NCBI RefSeq assembly: GCF_964204645.1
Contig: NC_134027.1
Span: 3,814,485 to 3,878,484, forward strand
Length of the DNA stretch: 64,000 bases
Direction of reading: 5' to 3'
Source: Tubulanus polymorphus
Taxonomy: Eukaryota > Animalia > Nemertea
A model generated the notes under the pieces. That model did not search any database. It had not been told where the DNA came from and worked only from the letters and a program-made list of their open reading frames with translations. Positions 24,542 through 37,377 of the stretch are shown here, one piece after another; positions within the stretch are counted from its first letter, which is position 1, and each line of letters opens with the position of its first letter. The translations under genes were made by a program, and so were the position numbers.

Positions 24542-27500
24542 TCACTGCATTATACGACCTTCAGGATGTGGATAAGGCACTCCAAACTGTTTACACAGTC
24601 TGTATAAAGTCTTTTCATATTCGCGGTTGAGCTTAGCCGACTGCTGTAAACCATACTTCAGGTCTTTAATTTCATCGAAAAAGCCCTGAAAAAAGAAAGA
24701 TAGACATGGAAAACCTATGAATTTTCGTTTGAATAGTGTTTTGATATTTTCTGGAAAATGAATCTCCATGTATTAAAAGCTAATTTTCATGGACAGTCTT
24801 TACCTTATCCAATCCAGTTAATTCTTTTCTGAATTTATCATTTTCTTTTTTTAATCTCTCATTCTCTACTGACAATTCTTTTAAACGCGCGTTGTCCAAG
24901 CGCACATTTTTCTTGTTCTTCTTTCCAGGGGTTGCATCTTTTTGTTTGGCAGTGACTGCCTGCAACTTTTCTTCCTGTAATTTCATCTCCAATTCGTTGA
25001 CTTTCAGCTGGAAAGAATAATCATAAAATCCTCCTGTAAATACAATATGCCTGCATAAATCCCACAATTAATGAGAAACATATTCAGGAATATTGTCAGT
25101 GTTTCTGAAGATGGCTATTAGGATTTATTTGAAACGTTGAATTCAAGATTATAATAAATCATATTTAAGGGAACTAAGACAACAATTCAAACTTGTAAGG
25201 TTAAGCTTTAACTTTTTTCATAACTCACACTCAATGCTGTAATTGTATCTGTGTGTTCCATATTTATCTTCAGTTCCTTTTCGTATCTCCTCATTAAACT
25301 GTTGTGCATAGACATCAATCTAAAACATTGAGACACCACTGAGAAATATATACCAGTCACCAGAATACATATCTCCAAGCGATAAACAGAATATTATTCC
25401 GAATGAGTTTTGAATATTCACTCACTTTTTCGTCTTAGCTGCTTCTTCAATTCCTGCCATCGGTTTGGGTTCTTTTTTCTGAATTCGTGCGTAAGTTCGA
25501 GATCCACCTTCAGTTTGAACATATGTGCTGTAGATTGAAATATAGAATAATCAGGTTAAGTAGAAATAAACGTTAGGTTCAGCTAATCTTTGTCTCACAT
25601 ACCTTCTTGTCGTGACAAAGTTTTTCAGCATCTCCTCAACTTTTGATTTCTCCGTCAAGTTTAAAAGCTGCATCTTCAGACCTTTGTTTGTTTCATGAAG
25701 TTTACTGATCCTTTTCTTGAGTTTTATGTTTTCTGCATTAAGCTGTATCAAGGATCAAGGAACAATCATAAAATAACATATATAATAAATGAAATAATAT
25801 ATTTGTAATTCGAATAAATAATCCTAATCTTTCCAAAGGGGCTTGTCACATTTGATAGTGAAGTGGTAAAACCGGTTTACCCAATACAGAAACAGGTCTA
25901 CTACTCATAAAGTTAAAAGTAGATTTTTATCCTATTCCTTCCCAGTCAGGAACACTTTCCAAAAACGGCTTATTCTGCCAATTTCGGCGTTTTCCGCCAA
26001 TAACGGCAGAATCAGTCGTTTATGGATCACTCAGTTTTGAAACTTTTACAGTCGTTTATGGCTTAATCAGCCAGTTTCAGCTCACTAAGTTTCGAGTTTT
26101 GCTTTAAAGTTTTTTGCGCACTTCCGGTCAAAATAGCGCATGTTGCCGATTACGTCATAATCTCGAGCAGACGATAAGCTTTCATATGACGCTAGGATGG
26201 AAATTTTTGAGCTAGGTAAAGTGGTCAAATTCACGTTTTTCTAAATGATTACGTCATATGCAGCCCAAAAACTCCGGGAAAACTCTCAAAACTACTACAG
26301 CATGAAACAAGTTTATTAATCATGATTTTTGTTAAAAATAAATTTGGGAACTAGTTTTAAAAACTATTATAAAGTTTTCAATTAAATGTTGCCATGGGTA
26401 CACATAAAAACATTTGCCATTTCTGGCGTATTCCGCCGTTTTTGGCGTAGCTAGTTTTATAATCATAAACTATTAAGCCATTATTGGCAGTCCACTTGTT
26501 ATATATGAGGATTCCCCCACCCGCTTAGACGTTTTCCCTTGTGTCTACAGGGTACTTTTTTTCGGAATAAAATAATTAATTTGCTGAGGTGCACGGATGT
26601 GTAAATATTATATGTTAAAAATGAAAATAAAATTATTATTATAATTATCATTCTCATAAGACAAATCAATCATGGATGTATAAACTAGTGTATCAAAAAT
26701 CTAGTTTTAAGTTTTGCCCATGGTCTTATCTTGCCTAATAAAGCATAGAATGGTTGAGGGATATATTGCACTGCATATGATGTTGGTTAATTGAAGGTAA
26801 TTAACATCTTCGATGCCTCCCAGCTAATTGGACTTGCGATGGGTAGTGATTGAATGAATTAGTGGCCGATGACGTTACAACACTCAAAATCAATACAGCT
26901 GTATCTAGATTCATTTCAAAATACAACAAACATTTTCGAAACAATTTGGGATACATGTATGTATATATTTATTACATAGAATACAGGTATAAAGAAAGAA
27001 CAGAATTCAAATACATTAGCCATCGGAAACCCGTACATTTATATTTAATTCTTTCTTGAAGCCTGGAATGGATCAATGAGATTAATTTTTCGGCGCAAAT
27101 ATACAAATGTATGCCAGCAGAAAAGCGATGATGTCATAATAGGGACTCCCATCGAACTAAGCACTATAAATAGCACCTGTTAAACTATCTAAGCTAAAAC
27201 GCCGTTTCTGGCGATGTAGTTTTAAAAACTGTAACAGCTGAAAACGGTGGAAATGGCGTTTTTTAAGAACAAGCCAAAAATGGCAGAAAACGCCGATTTC
27301 GGCTAAATTGGCAGAAGCAGTTTAAAACTGAGTAATCCATAAATGGCTGATTCCGCCGTTATTGGCGGAAAACGCCGAAATTGGCAGAATAAGCCGTTTT
27401 TGGAAAGTGTTCCTGACTGTGGTGGTGGAGGAGGCTCAGTCACTAGTCAGGCTGGATTCAAAATGTGACAAAAAAGTCTTCAAGGACAAGGTGGATATTC

Positions 27501-27568
27501 CAAAATTCATCAAAATGACATTAAAAACCTACATGACCACAAGTGTGTATATCAGGTATTTCCATCAT
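24542..27568 (-). CDS. Short coiled-coil protein with CEP290-like C-terminal motif (about 238 aa)
   Basis: In-frame GT-AG exons: 25603-25742, 25426-25527, 25229-25319, 24804-25007 and 24542-24685 (GFFDEIKDLKYGLQQSAKLNREYEKTLYRLCKQFGV). The last resembles the FFEEIEDLKY motif near the CEP290 C-terminus. The first coding exon 27533-27568 (MMEIPDIHTCGH) is only a candidate. Confidence 0.65.
25941..27421. mobile_element. ~1.48-kb non-autonomous DNA transposon with ~95-bp TIRs (possibly CMC/EnSpm-like)
   Basis: Left end CCCAGTCAGGAACACTTTCCAAAAACGGCTTATTCTGCCAATTTCGGCG.. matches the reverse complement of ~27325-27421 (CACAGTCAGG..). Several subterminal GGCGTTTT/AAAACGCC motifs. No transposase ORF and no clean TSD (TT/GT). 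Confidence 0.8.
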
Positions 27569-30500
27569 GGGACTTGAAAAACAGTCGGATATAAGTAATT
27601 TGAGCACTGAAGGTTGAAATTTTCCTGTCAAAACAAAATTCAAACTTGGTCCTCAAAATCGTATAGCAAAATTGTTCAGTAGCGAATGTAATAAAACTTG
27701 AGCCCAGATTTGGGTCGAATCCTGTAATTCAATTTTGCAGCGCGCGGTGCGTCATTGCCAACCGCGTTTGGGTGCTGTAGAATAGTATGTCCTTCAACGA
27801 CAAGACGCGATACCGACAGTTTTGTATTTTATGTGTCAGCAAGGAAAAGAGTTCTACATGAAGAAACGGACTAGTGAATTCAGACATATTCCATCGATTA
27901 CTGCCTGGCGCTCCAAAATTTTTTAACTCGTCTCAAAATTTAGTGGTCATATATAATGGGTTGTTATGGTTGCCTGTAATGGCCTAATAATAATGCCCCC
28001 AATGGCATTCGTCTTTCTAATATTCAAAAGGCTATTCAACTCGCCGTTGTTTTTTATCAGTTGACTGATCAGTTATGAATGATTTTGTATAGTTTTTATT
28101 TAATTGTGACAAGTAGGTAGGCCTATGACAAGGCAACTAATGACGGCTTTGAGTTAGAGAATATGATGTCGTGATCACTTAGAATTGCTTATATGCCACA
28201 TAAATTGTCAGGTTTGGTTGCTATTCTTGTTTGAAACAGTAGCTAATAAATGTCATGCCAGTGACGCGTGTGTGATGGTTAGTAGTGGGAGGAGTGCCAC
28301 GGTTTTCCTGACGATTGTCACTTGAGAAAATAATGAAAGATCTAGGGAGTGGACGGATTTATTCGATTCTTTGTTATAGGCCTATACTAGTATATATCAC
28401 CAAAAATATTCACAGCTGATGTTATTTGATGTAATGGTAATTTAATTATCATCATTAAATTCTATAAAGCCCTATGAACTGCAATACCAACTAATTCATT
28501 ATCGATTTGATCGAGTGCAATTCATTATCAATTGTCCGTCCATATGTATTTTTCGTGCTAGTGAATCTCTGTAAGGTTGATCAATTTTATTTCATATATA
28601 GAACTGTGAGCTCGCTGCTACCGATGATGCGATGATGCTTCAAAGAAAGAGTTCATTGAGTACATCGAAAACGCCTTATTTCTAGAGGTATCACGAATAT
28701 GAAGATACCCTTGATGTAGGTATTTTGCATTTTCTCTATATAATCCATCCGACAATTTCATTTCTAGGCAAACAGCACTTTAGTCGAGATATGTTTCCTT
28801 TGGGTAGTTAAATAGTACAACCTATTTCAAATCATTTGACGTCATATCAACCGTATGCGTGAACGGGCTTTAGGTTCCAGGGATTTATAGATATTGTTCA
28901 CTGGTAAAATTATCTTCGTGGCAGTTCGTCGTACTGGGCAAGACAGAGATGATCATAACTATCAGATTCATCTGACATTTAACGCATTTTTAGAGGACTT
29001 GTATATATGTGAAGCCTGCCTAAGGCTAGTAGGTTGCGAATTACGAGCTGAATTGATTTGTATCTAGTTGTTCAGGCGGGGGAGTGCGCAACAGTATATG
29101 TATATATATCTAGAGTGTAATTATGTGTGTTTGAATGAATTTTAAGTCATTTAATTTGTTAGAATATAGGGCGACTGGGAGTGGAAGGCAATCCAGGAAT
29201 CGTTCTTATAATATTCTTGACGTTCAATATTGAATTTAATTTGTCAATTTGTCAATTGATAAACACTCGCGCACCATTAAAACGTGTTCAGGTTTCCATT
29301 TGTTTTATCACTTTCGCCAATCAAAATAAGTGAAAAGATTATTCTAAATTTTCAACGTGCCTGTGTTAGAGCCCTGGAGATCATATGCGTGTATAATTCT
29401 TAGAATATTACAGTATTTTTTATGTTGGGTTTAGAATTAGTGTTTTAAGTAAAGCGCAATGAGTCTTTTTTTTTAAAATAGCGCCATATGAAAGCATATT
29501 TTATAATTATTCTTATTCTCATTTATGATTATCTATAAGTATATTTTGTTCAAGAATAAAAACGTTCTATCATTTTACATGGATATTCACTGGAAATTAT
29601 ACTGTTATCTAACATTACATTCTATTCGTATATGCGCGTACGTATAGGTCTACCATATCGTCGCTAATGAATCAAAGCACCCTTAAAAAGGAACCGAAAA
29701 CCACTTAGAAAAATCTCAACCAACAACAAAAATATTCAAATTTGAGACGGAAACAATTTTACAATAGAACGCGGAAATCTTGACAAGACACGTGAATCAT
29801 TGAATGAAATATCTGGAAGACAAAAATGAAAATAGGTATAATACGATTTTGTCTGTTTTCGCAACAATACCTGTTAAACATTATGGTCACGGACATCATT
29901 ATTGTTTCTTTTAACAAGAAATGCAAAGAACTGGATTCTATGATTGTAATGAGTATGCGTTTGTTACGTTACACAAAATAATGATCGATTGTTTGTGGTT
30001 TATCGCAGCGTTTTGTGTTGTATGACTTAATCTGAGACTAAAATAAATGAAAATCTATTGTGTGACAGATTTCACGTCGCGGTTTTCAATACAATCGAAT
30101 ACTGCGATAGTCGATTTAAAAATGTCCGATTTTGGCTCGCAGTATAATTTGAATCAATGTGATTATTGAATACATACCACGTAGGAGTATCTTTTTTACG
30201 TAGTCTAAACAATATTGAATGTGAGATGTAGAGCGTGGGCGTTTTTCTTAATGTTGACATAATCGCACAGTACTGGCATTAGTTGTCACGGTGCCAGGTA
30301 TATATCCATTATATATTTTGTATTACTTCCGTGTGTCGCCACAGAAAACTCAATTACTCATTCAGCAATATTCATTCATAAATTTCATCGTATCTTTCAT
30401 TTTCCTTCCGAGAAATCCGCCATGGCCCACTTCAACCAGTCTAAACCAATCAGAGACATTGATTTGCGTAGCCTACGACTCTTCAATTTATTGGCGCGAG

Positions 30501-30779
30501 CAGCGTTTGTCAGGCCGCCGTCAGTCGGGAAGAGTTCAGTGACGGTTGCAGAAGTAAAATTCTTGAAGCCTTAAGAATCTTCACAGTATTCTACGTGTAT
30601 AAGACTCATTCAGCTATAGTTATTGTTTCGAATTTTTGAATCGAAGGCGTTTTCGCATACGACGCGAGGTACGCGCAATTCCATTTCATTCATCATTCGT
30701 TTTACGTTCGCGTCGCAACACAAATTGAAAATCATCATAGAAATTATATCGTATTTCTGTAGCTGCTGATGATAGGAAG

Positions 30780-33700
30780 ATGAAGAATTCTTCTCCGCGG
30801 AATGGTGGTGTTATGCTTCGAAACGGCCTGTCCATGTGGGTACTTTTCATTGCGGTTTGTATTCAGTTCACTACCTTAGTTTCTGGTATAAGACCGCCCA
30901 GAACCCACGGATTGCGAGCTGTTACCGGACACCGCAAACATTGCGAACCGTTGACAATGAGTATGTGCCTTGACGAGTCTGATATCAAATACAACTGGAC
31001 TGTATTCCCGAATCGGATCGGGCATCGTCGCCAATCCGAAGCTGCAATCCATATTCGCGAATGGAGCCGACCTATTTATGTCAGTTGTTCGGACATTTTG
31101 AGGACGTTTATATGCATGGCGTTTGCCCCGCAATGTGGACCGAATGGGGAACGTTTGGACCCGTGCCAGTCTCTGTGTAGGCTTGCGGAAAAAGGTTGTA
31201 TTCCGCTTTTGCGGTTATACGGAAAAAGCTGGCCTATCTATCTATCGTGCGATAGTTTTCCCGAGGACGGGAAAGAGACTTGCATGGGTAAAAACAGCGA
31301 AGTTATCCGCCCTGGAAGCGGAAATACACAAATTACCGATAATGTGTACCCACCGGTGCAAGGATGTACGGTAAGTTGGTAATTATCAACTTTTATATTA
31401 GGGAGTGGCTTGCCTGAGAGCCATGCATATACATACATATACTATTCAATTATAGTTTTGATTTCATGAAGGATTCATTTCCATGACGCAGGTTTATTTA
31501 CCAAGAACTGCATTCACCTCTGGTCATGTAGATCTCTAATCACGCTTCTATTTCGACCATAGCCGTCATAAACCAGTACTTTAGGGAGAGATGTTCGTGA
31601 ATGACTTGCCATTTTTATTCTAGATTTTGTCGGTCAATGATACAATCCACATCTATATGAGAGTAGTTACAGGTGGAATATTGTCGATGTCTCCCTTCGT
31701 CGTATGATTGGCATTTAGTATTTCACTGTTGAGCCCGCCAAAATTTGGTCAAGGGGTTCACGAAGTACGCTGTATAGCTTTGCTAGGACACGTCGAACAC
31801 GTGCGCAGTTTTCGGGCACCCGATGATGATAAAATCATTAGAACCAATTTTTGTTGGGATCGAGATCAGAAGTAAATGATACATATTTTCATCGAGGTTG
31901 AGCAAATGTGTGCAAGCACATCAGCGGTAATTCTATTATTTGCTTTAGCAAATAACTAAGCTCGAAAAAAGAATACGTACTACGGTGTGCTTTTGGGTCA
32001 AACCAATCCTTAGATAACAATTGGCGAATAATGGTCGATTGGAACAAAGTCTTTGAAATGGTTTTATTACCGAGGCTCTCAGTGTTTGGTAAATTGATGT
32101 AATATCAATTATTTACCACAATTACGCCTCGGCAACGATTTTGCTGTAAATAACAGTCTGGCAGTTTCCTGGACATTTAATCTAATCATTTAATTAGATT
32201 TCATTAGATTTATTTTGTATTGTTTGTTTATATTCTCTGATTAATAACCACACGCGATATGAGACAACAGAAGCGTTGGTAAGCGCTTATCCCTGTATTT
32301 TTATGTTATCATGGTTGTGGGTGTGATTTTGAACACTGACAAACAACGACATTAACTATTGATCGCTGTTTCAGTGCTTTATCATAGAAATTGCGACGTT
32401 TTCGGGCTAAACTATAAAGCTGTAAACAGTGGAGCGTGCAGTACCGGGAAGGGTTCAAGTAAAACTGAGGAGTGGCTGGCTGGTTCGCCCTCTCGGTCAA
32501 TCGTTTTCCGATAAATCTACTGATTACCAACATGTTTAATCGCTTTGAAGCACGGATTTCGTGGTGAGACCTAACGACCATAAATAAATGATGTGTTTGC
32601 GTTGGGTTTATGCATCCGATTCAACATGCAGGAATGTCTAGGATTTGCCTTAGTTAACCCTGTCTTAGATGTTATTCACAAATATTCAAATACAATGATT
32701 TATACCGCATGATGCTACTCAAGTCGTTGTGTGATATCTTTTTGCAAAAAGAATGCTGTTTCCAACTGAAAGCGCTTTTGATATTTCATTCATTGATCAT
32801 ATATCAACAGTAGCACCTTGCGTGCTTCGAAAAAATGCAGCCTATGGCGATAGCATTGCGAATAATGAATATATATAAATCGAATTATAAAGAGCAGATA
32901 TAATTAATCAATGCTGGTATTGAAGAGATAATCTAAGGATGTTGCACATAAAATGATCTAATAATAAATTGGGTGAAATCACTGTGTTCAGATTGAAATT
33001 AGCATATATATATAATATGACATTTTGTATTCCATACTTCTTTTCAAAAGACTCATTTCTTCACTTCATCTTTGTGACGTCATCGTGTGTTTATGTAAAC
33101 GGCGGGTGTTGGAACATATAATCAGTTCGATCGATGATGATGTCAAATATAACCCGTATGTGTCTTGGTATCGTGTCAACCTCATAAGAACCACAGTAAT
33201 GTATACACCACAACCCAATTCATAAAGCACCCACCGGGTGTGTTTACGTTTTGCCATATTGAAGCATAGGCCTATTAGCGCCTAATTACTTATATCCGAA
33301 AGCTTTATACAGATACATCGATTTCCGATTTGAAATGCTATCATCAAATGAATCATCTTTTTTCTCGAAAAGGTCTATCTAGTAGACATCTATACTAGGA
33401 TATGTACTAGATATTTGAATTTCCTGAGTAAATTCCACATTCTTGACAATTCTGAAGTGATTAATCTTTCTACGAATGCTCTTACATTTATGATGTTTGA
33501 TCGTCATTACACACTCCATGTTTTTATAATTCCGAATCGGTCGATCGAAGAAGTAAGGACGTAAAATTGAATAAGATTCTGCAGTAGTCAAGCATCGATT
33601 ATAAACCTGTCCACGAACAACTTAACCGTCAGCGGAAGTTTAGATCAAAGATCCGCAAAGGGGCGATTATCAAAGACAATGAACAATTCACCTTTGCCCT

Positions 33701-35530
33701 TGTCGCTTTAGCTCTTGAATGGCTCCTTCCCCTTTATCTTCGACTGATGAAATCTTCGCCGATGAACGATGTATTTAGCACTTAACCGTTCACGGTTAAT
33801 CGTTTGGGATAGCGATAAATGTCATCATATAAAATCGGAATTATTGGAAATAATCACCGTTTGGGCCAGTCTCCCCCGCAATACGATATCCATAATTAGC
33901 AACGCGAGTCTATTTACAACTAATATTAAATCCCCATTTCGGATAAATGTGGAAACTCTTGCGGAAGCACAAAAGGGCACGTCGATTATCTGTTGCTTTA
34001 TCTATAGAATGATTTTCAGCTTTGTAGTCGAATTAGAATGAAATTATAACATACGCCGTATAAATGCGTATAAGAAACACCCGAGATCAGTTGACACCCT
34101 ATTATTAACGGAAGATGGATACGATGCGCTTTCGTGTAATTTCATCCTAATATACCGCCTATAATAGCTCGTCATAGAAAATCAACGAAAACGCGTCGTA
34201 TTTTCTTAACTTGTTAAGGGGAGTGTGAAAGATGACTATTTGTAGCCTAGACAGTTTATTAACGAAGTTGATACCATTTCACGATACAAAAAGAGAAACG
34301 AGTTCGAAAAGGTTTCCTTAAGCGGTCCAACGTTTTCGACTTTATCCGATTAATCATCTTCATCTCGAAGTTGTTCTTTATAGGTTAAGATTTATTGAAT
34401 TTATTTCTTACAGACTGGTATCGACATTGAAGATGAATTCAGCGGAGTGCAGTTCCACCGAAGTTTTGCGGGTAGTCGTGTGGCAATTGGAAAGATTACG
34501 ACGAATAATGTGTAAGTGCATGTGAATATTGAAGTAAACGCGAACCGGGGATGTGGTGGGATGGTGACAATGGTGTCATTTGAAGATTGAACTCTGCCGT
34601 CAAGACGTCATAATTTGCTATGGAAGACGACAACGGCGATGATTTAACGATGGTATAACGAGGCAAATGACGAACTTTGATTGGCACACGACTGACGCAG
34701 ATTGTAGCGTGTTCGGAGACCATTAGTTCCTTAGCCCGAAATCTAGAATGCATAAACTTCATGCGGCACAGTGGAAAAATCATGCAATATAAACAAACTT
34801 ACATAGGGCTATAGTTTATCAGGTCGTTCTTATGCTCTGTATTTTCAGTTACCCCCACAATCTAACATTCGACTTTAGAACAAGGTCCAGCGAATCTCAA
34901 CTACTAATGTTACTGACGAATAGGAAACCGCATCACGATGATTTCATTCCACGACATTCTAGAGGTTCGAACATTCCCGACTTTTTTGCCATCTACATAT
35001 CGAACTGGGGCTTTCCACGCATAACGTGTAGTTTCCGGTGTGGTAGAATGTCCGGAGTTATGGTGCATTACCAGCGACTTGACAAAAACAACTGGCACAA
35101 AGTAAGTTCATCTTATTGATTGGGCAGTATGTTTGTCCTTGAGAGTGGTAATCGTGGACAGCAGAAGATAAAGACTTTCAAATCATATTTTGCAGGTAAC
35201 GTTCAACGCAGAAACATCATACGTATCATACGATGAATACAGTAATGCGTTGCAATGCGGCATGCCAGACGTTTGTCGGGAGGATTTGAAGTACATGTAC
35301 ATGGGAGGTATGCCCGAGCGATTCCTGCCGAAATCACTATTGAAGGTAACACGGCGTAATATATTTTCTATGACATCGTATTTTCTTTATTTTGATATCT
35401 ATAATTTCGGGCTATGTTTCAGGAAATGCTACCGGCACGTACGCTAAGGGGCTGTATTCGAAAACTGCGCTTCAACGGACGACAACAGTCGGTATCGGCG
35501 CGGTACATTGCAGTGTCAAGCTGCTGTTGA
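30780..35530 (+). CDS. Secreted protein: signal peptide + Frizzled cysteine-rich domain + laminin-G domain (about 399 aa, 5 exons)
   Basis: Exons 30780-31370, 34414-34511, 34849-35101, 35196-35345 and 35423-35530 splice in frame (phases 0, 2, 0, 0). Ten-Cys FZ domain (CEPLTMSMC..YNWTVFPNRIGHRRQSEA..FICMAFAPQC..PCQSLC..C..WP..CDSFP). LamG motifs LTFDFRT..LL, NNWHKV, YMGGMPE and LRGCIRKLRFNG. AATAAA at ~35649. Confidence 0.8.
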
Positions 35531-36152
35531 GAGGATTATTCGGGTTGACGGCGAGGCCGAGTTATACGTATGAACTGCTACGTAACGTAACGTATCACGT
35601 CGCAACCTTTATCCGCTCTCACAACACAGTTGTAACTGAACAAACAGAAATAAATAAGGCGATTTCAATGCAACATACATATACATATATAAACTTTCCT
35701 TCAAGATGTCCCGAAAGACGTTGTAATGACCGAGTTCAAAGTCTAATTGTAATTGTGTATAATGTATTCGTATAACCCACCGTTAGCTATTTAAAAGGAT
35801 GGAATGGATTGTGAATCACACTACGTATACGTACCACAAGCATTTTACAAAGTCTCCAAAATTAGCCACTTCCATCGATGTGGGGGTTGACTTTTCAAAT
35901 ATAAAATAAAAGCGTGGTAAATAATTGTAATCACAAATTGTGGGACTTACTGAATTGAAGTAAGTCATGAGATCCTGTTACTGTCGGGTTCTGATCCTCT
36001 TCTTTCGCAATCATGCCACCATCATTTCCGTAACACACGCGTTTTTTCCCTTTGTTCATAAAACGGACATGCATTTCAGATTAAGAAAAACGTGTTAATC
36101 AATCATATCTAGATCTTGCATAAAGTTATTCGGTTGAAAATATATAATTGTT

Positions 36153-36340
36153 GGGGCTGTCCATAATGGACTTTCAAGGTCAAGGACAAGGGGGGGGTTG
36201 TTTGGATGGGTACCTCCTTCTTCTTCCAGCTTAATTCCTGTAAGCCAGAACAAATCATTTAGCGCATAACAGGGATGACTACTTCAACTTCGAAACCAAA
36301 TTTTTGAAATCTTGTGTGGACGTATTTTATGGACAGCCCC
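36153..36340. mobile_element. Older Harbinger/Tourist-like MITE
   Basis: 14-bp perfect TIRs GGGGCTGTCCATAA / TTATGGACAGCCCC around a ~160-bp interior. TSD is degenerate. Confidence 0.65.
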
Positions 36341-37377
36341 CTTTGCATCGTCATCATTATGTGGAATCGTCAAGTCTAGATTTTGGTATAGCTCTTTCAG
36401 ATCCTTGATAACTGTTTCAGCTGCCGCTACAGCTGCCTAAGTAGCGTTCAGAATTTTAGTTGTATTTGATTGCCAAAAGCTGTACATTTATTGAAAAAAT
36501 TTAGTTATTTCTAAAAAAGATCGTAATATTATGTATATATGTAGGCTTGCTACATGTTTGTATGCCCAGTATGTTTCCTTTTTGTTATTGTTAATTATAT
36601 AAACATTATACGTGTACAATATGAGTGTAAATAATAACTATCTATTAGCTGATAAAATCTCATCTTAAAAATCTTTGGATGAAGCAGCACTTTCTTTCAC
36701 TGTTAGTGTTTTGTTCCTCCCGTCGCGTTCAGGCCGGATTCAACTTTCAAGGCGCACCCGAGGATGTACATTCACTCCCTCCCCCGTACGTATATTGTAT
36801 CAAATTAACACATTAACAGTTTTAAAAGGATTACTGGAGGTTTGGTTGTCATCGACGGGTTTGAAAGGAAACACGGCTTCAGATCTTCAACGGCTTCCGG
36901 TGGAAAATGTGGGGGTGAAATCAAATGGGGTCAATTATCCGGAAAAGAAATTATGTTCTTCACCTTTGGTGCAAGGTTGATAAAATAGGTGAGGAAATGT
37001 AGCTTAATCAACGACATTATCTCCACTTTCATAGTGTGGGATAAAGGTTGGGGGAAGACTTCCTCGCGCGTAGCTTCATTTCAGCAAAGATTTTAATATT
37101 CCTCCATGAAGAAAGATATAAAAAAATAACCGTTCAAACGGAGCCGAATTTCTAAAACATCACCGTACAATATTTTATTGCCGATATTGAATTCATACAC
37201 TTATATTAAATAACAATAATGTAGTAAGTTATACATGTAGTAGTTATAGAACTGTTTCATATTTACACTTATTTCTAGCAAAGCAGCACGGCTATTTTTG
37301 AGACATTGATTTAATATCAGTTCAATATTGTTTAACCATTTGAATTAATTAATCCTCTCTAATTTACACCCAGTTTA

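Noticed and set aside
30780-31382. Frizzled receptor or classic sFRP call
   Set aside because: No 7TM or netrin-domain exons were found downstream. The in-frame exons encode a LamG domain.
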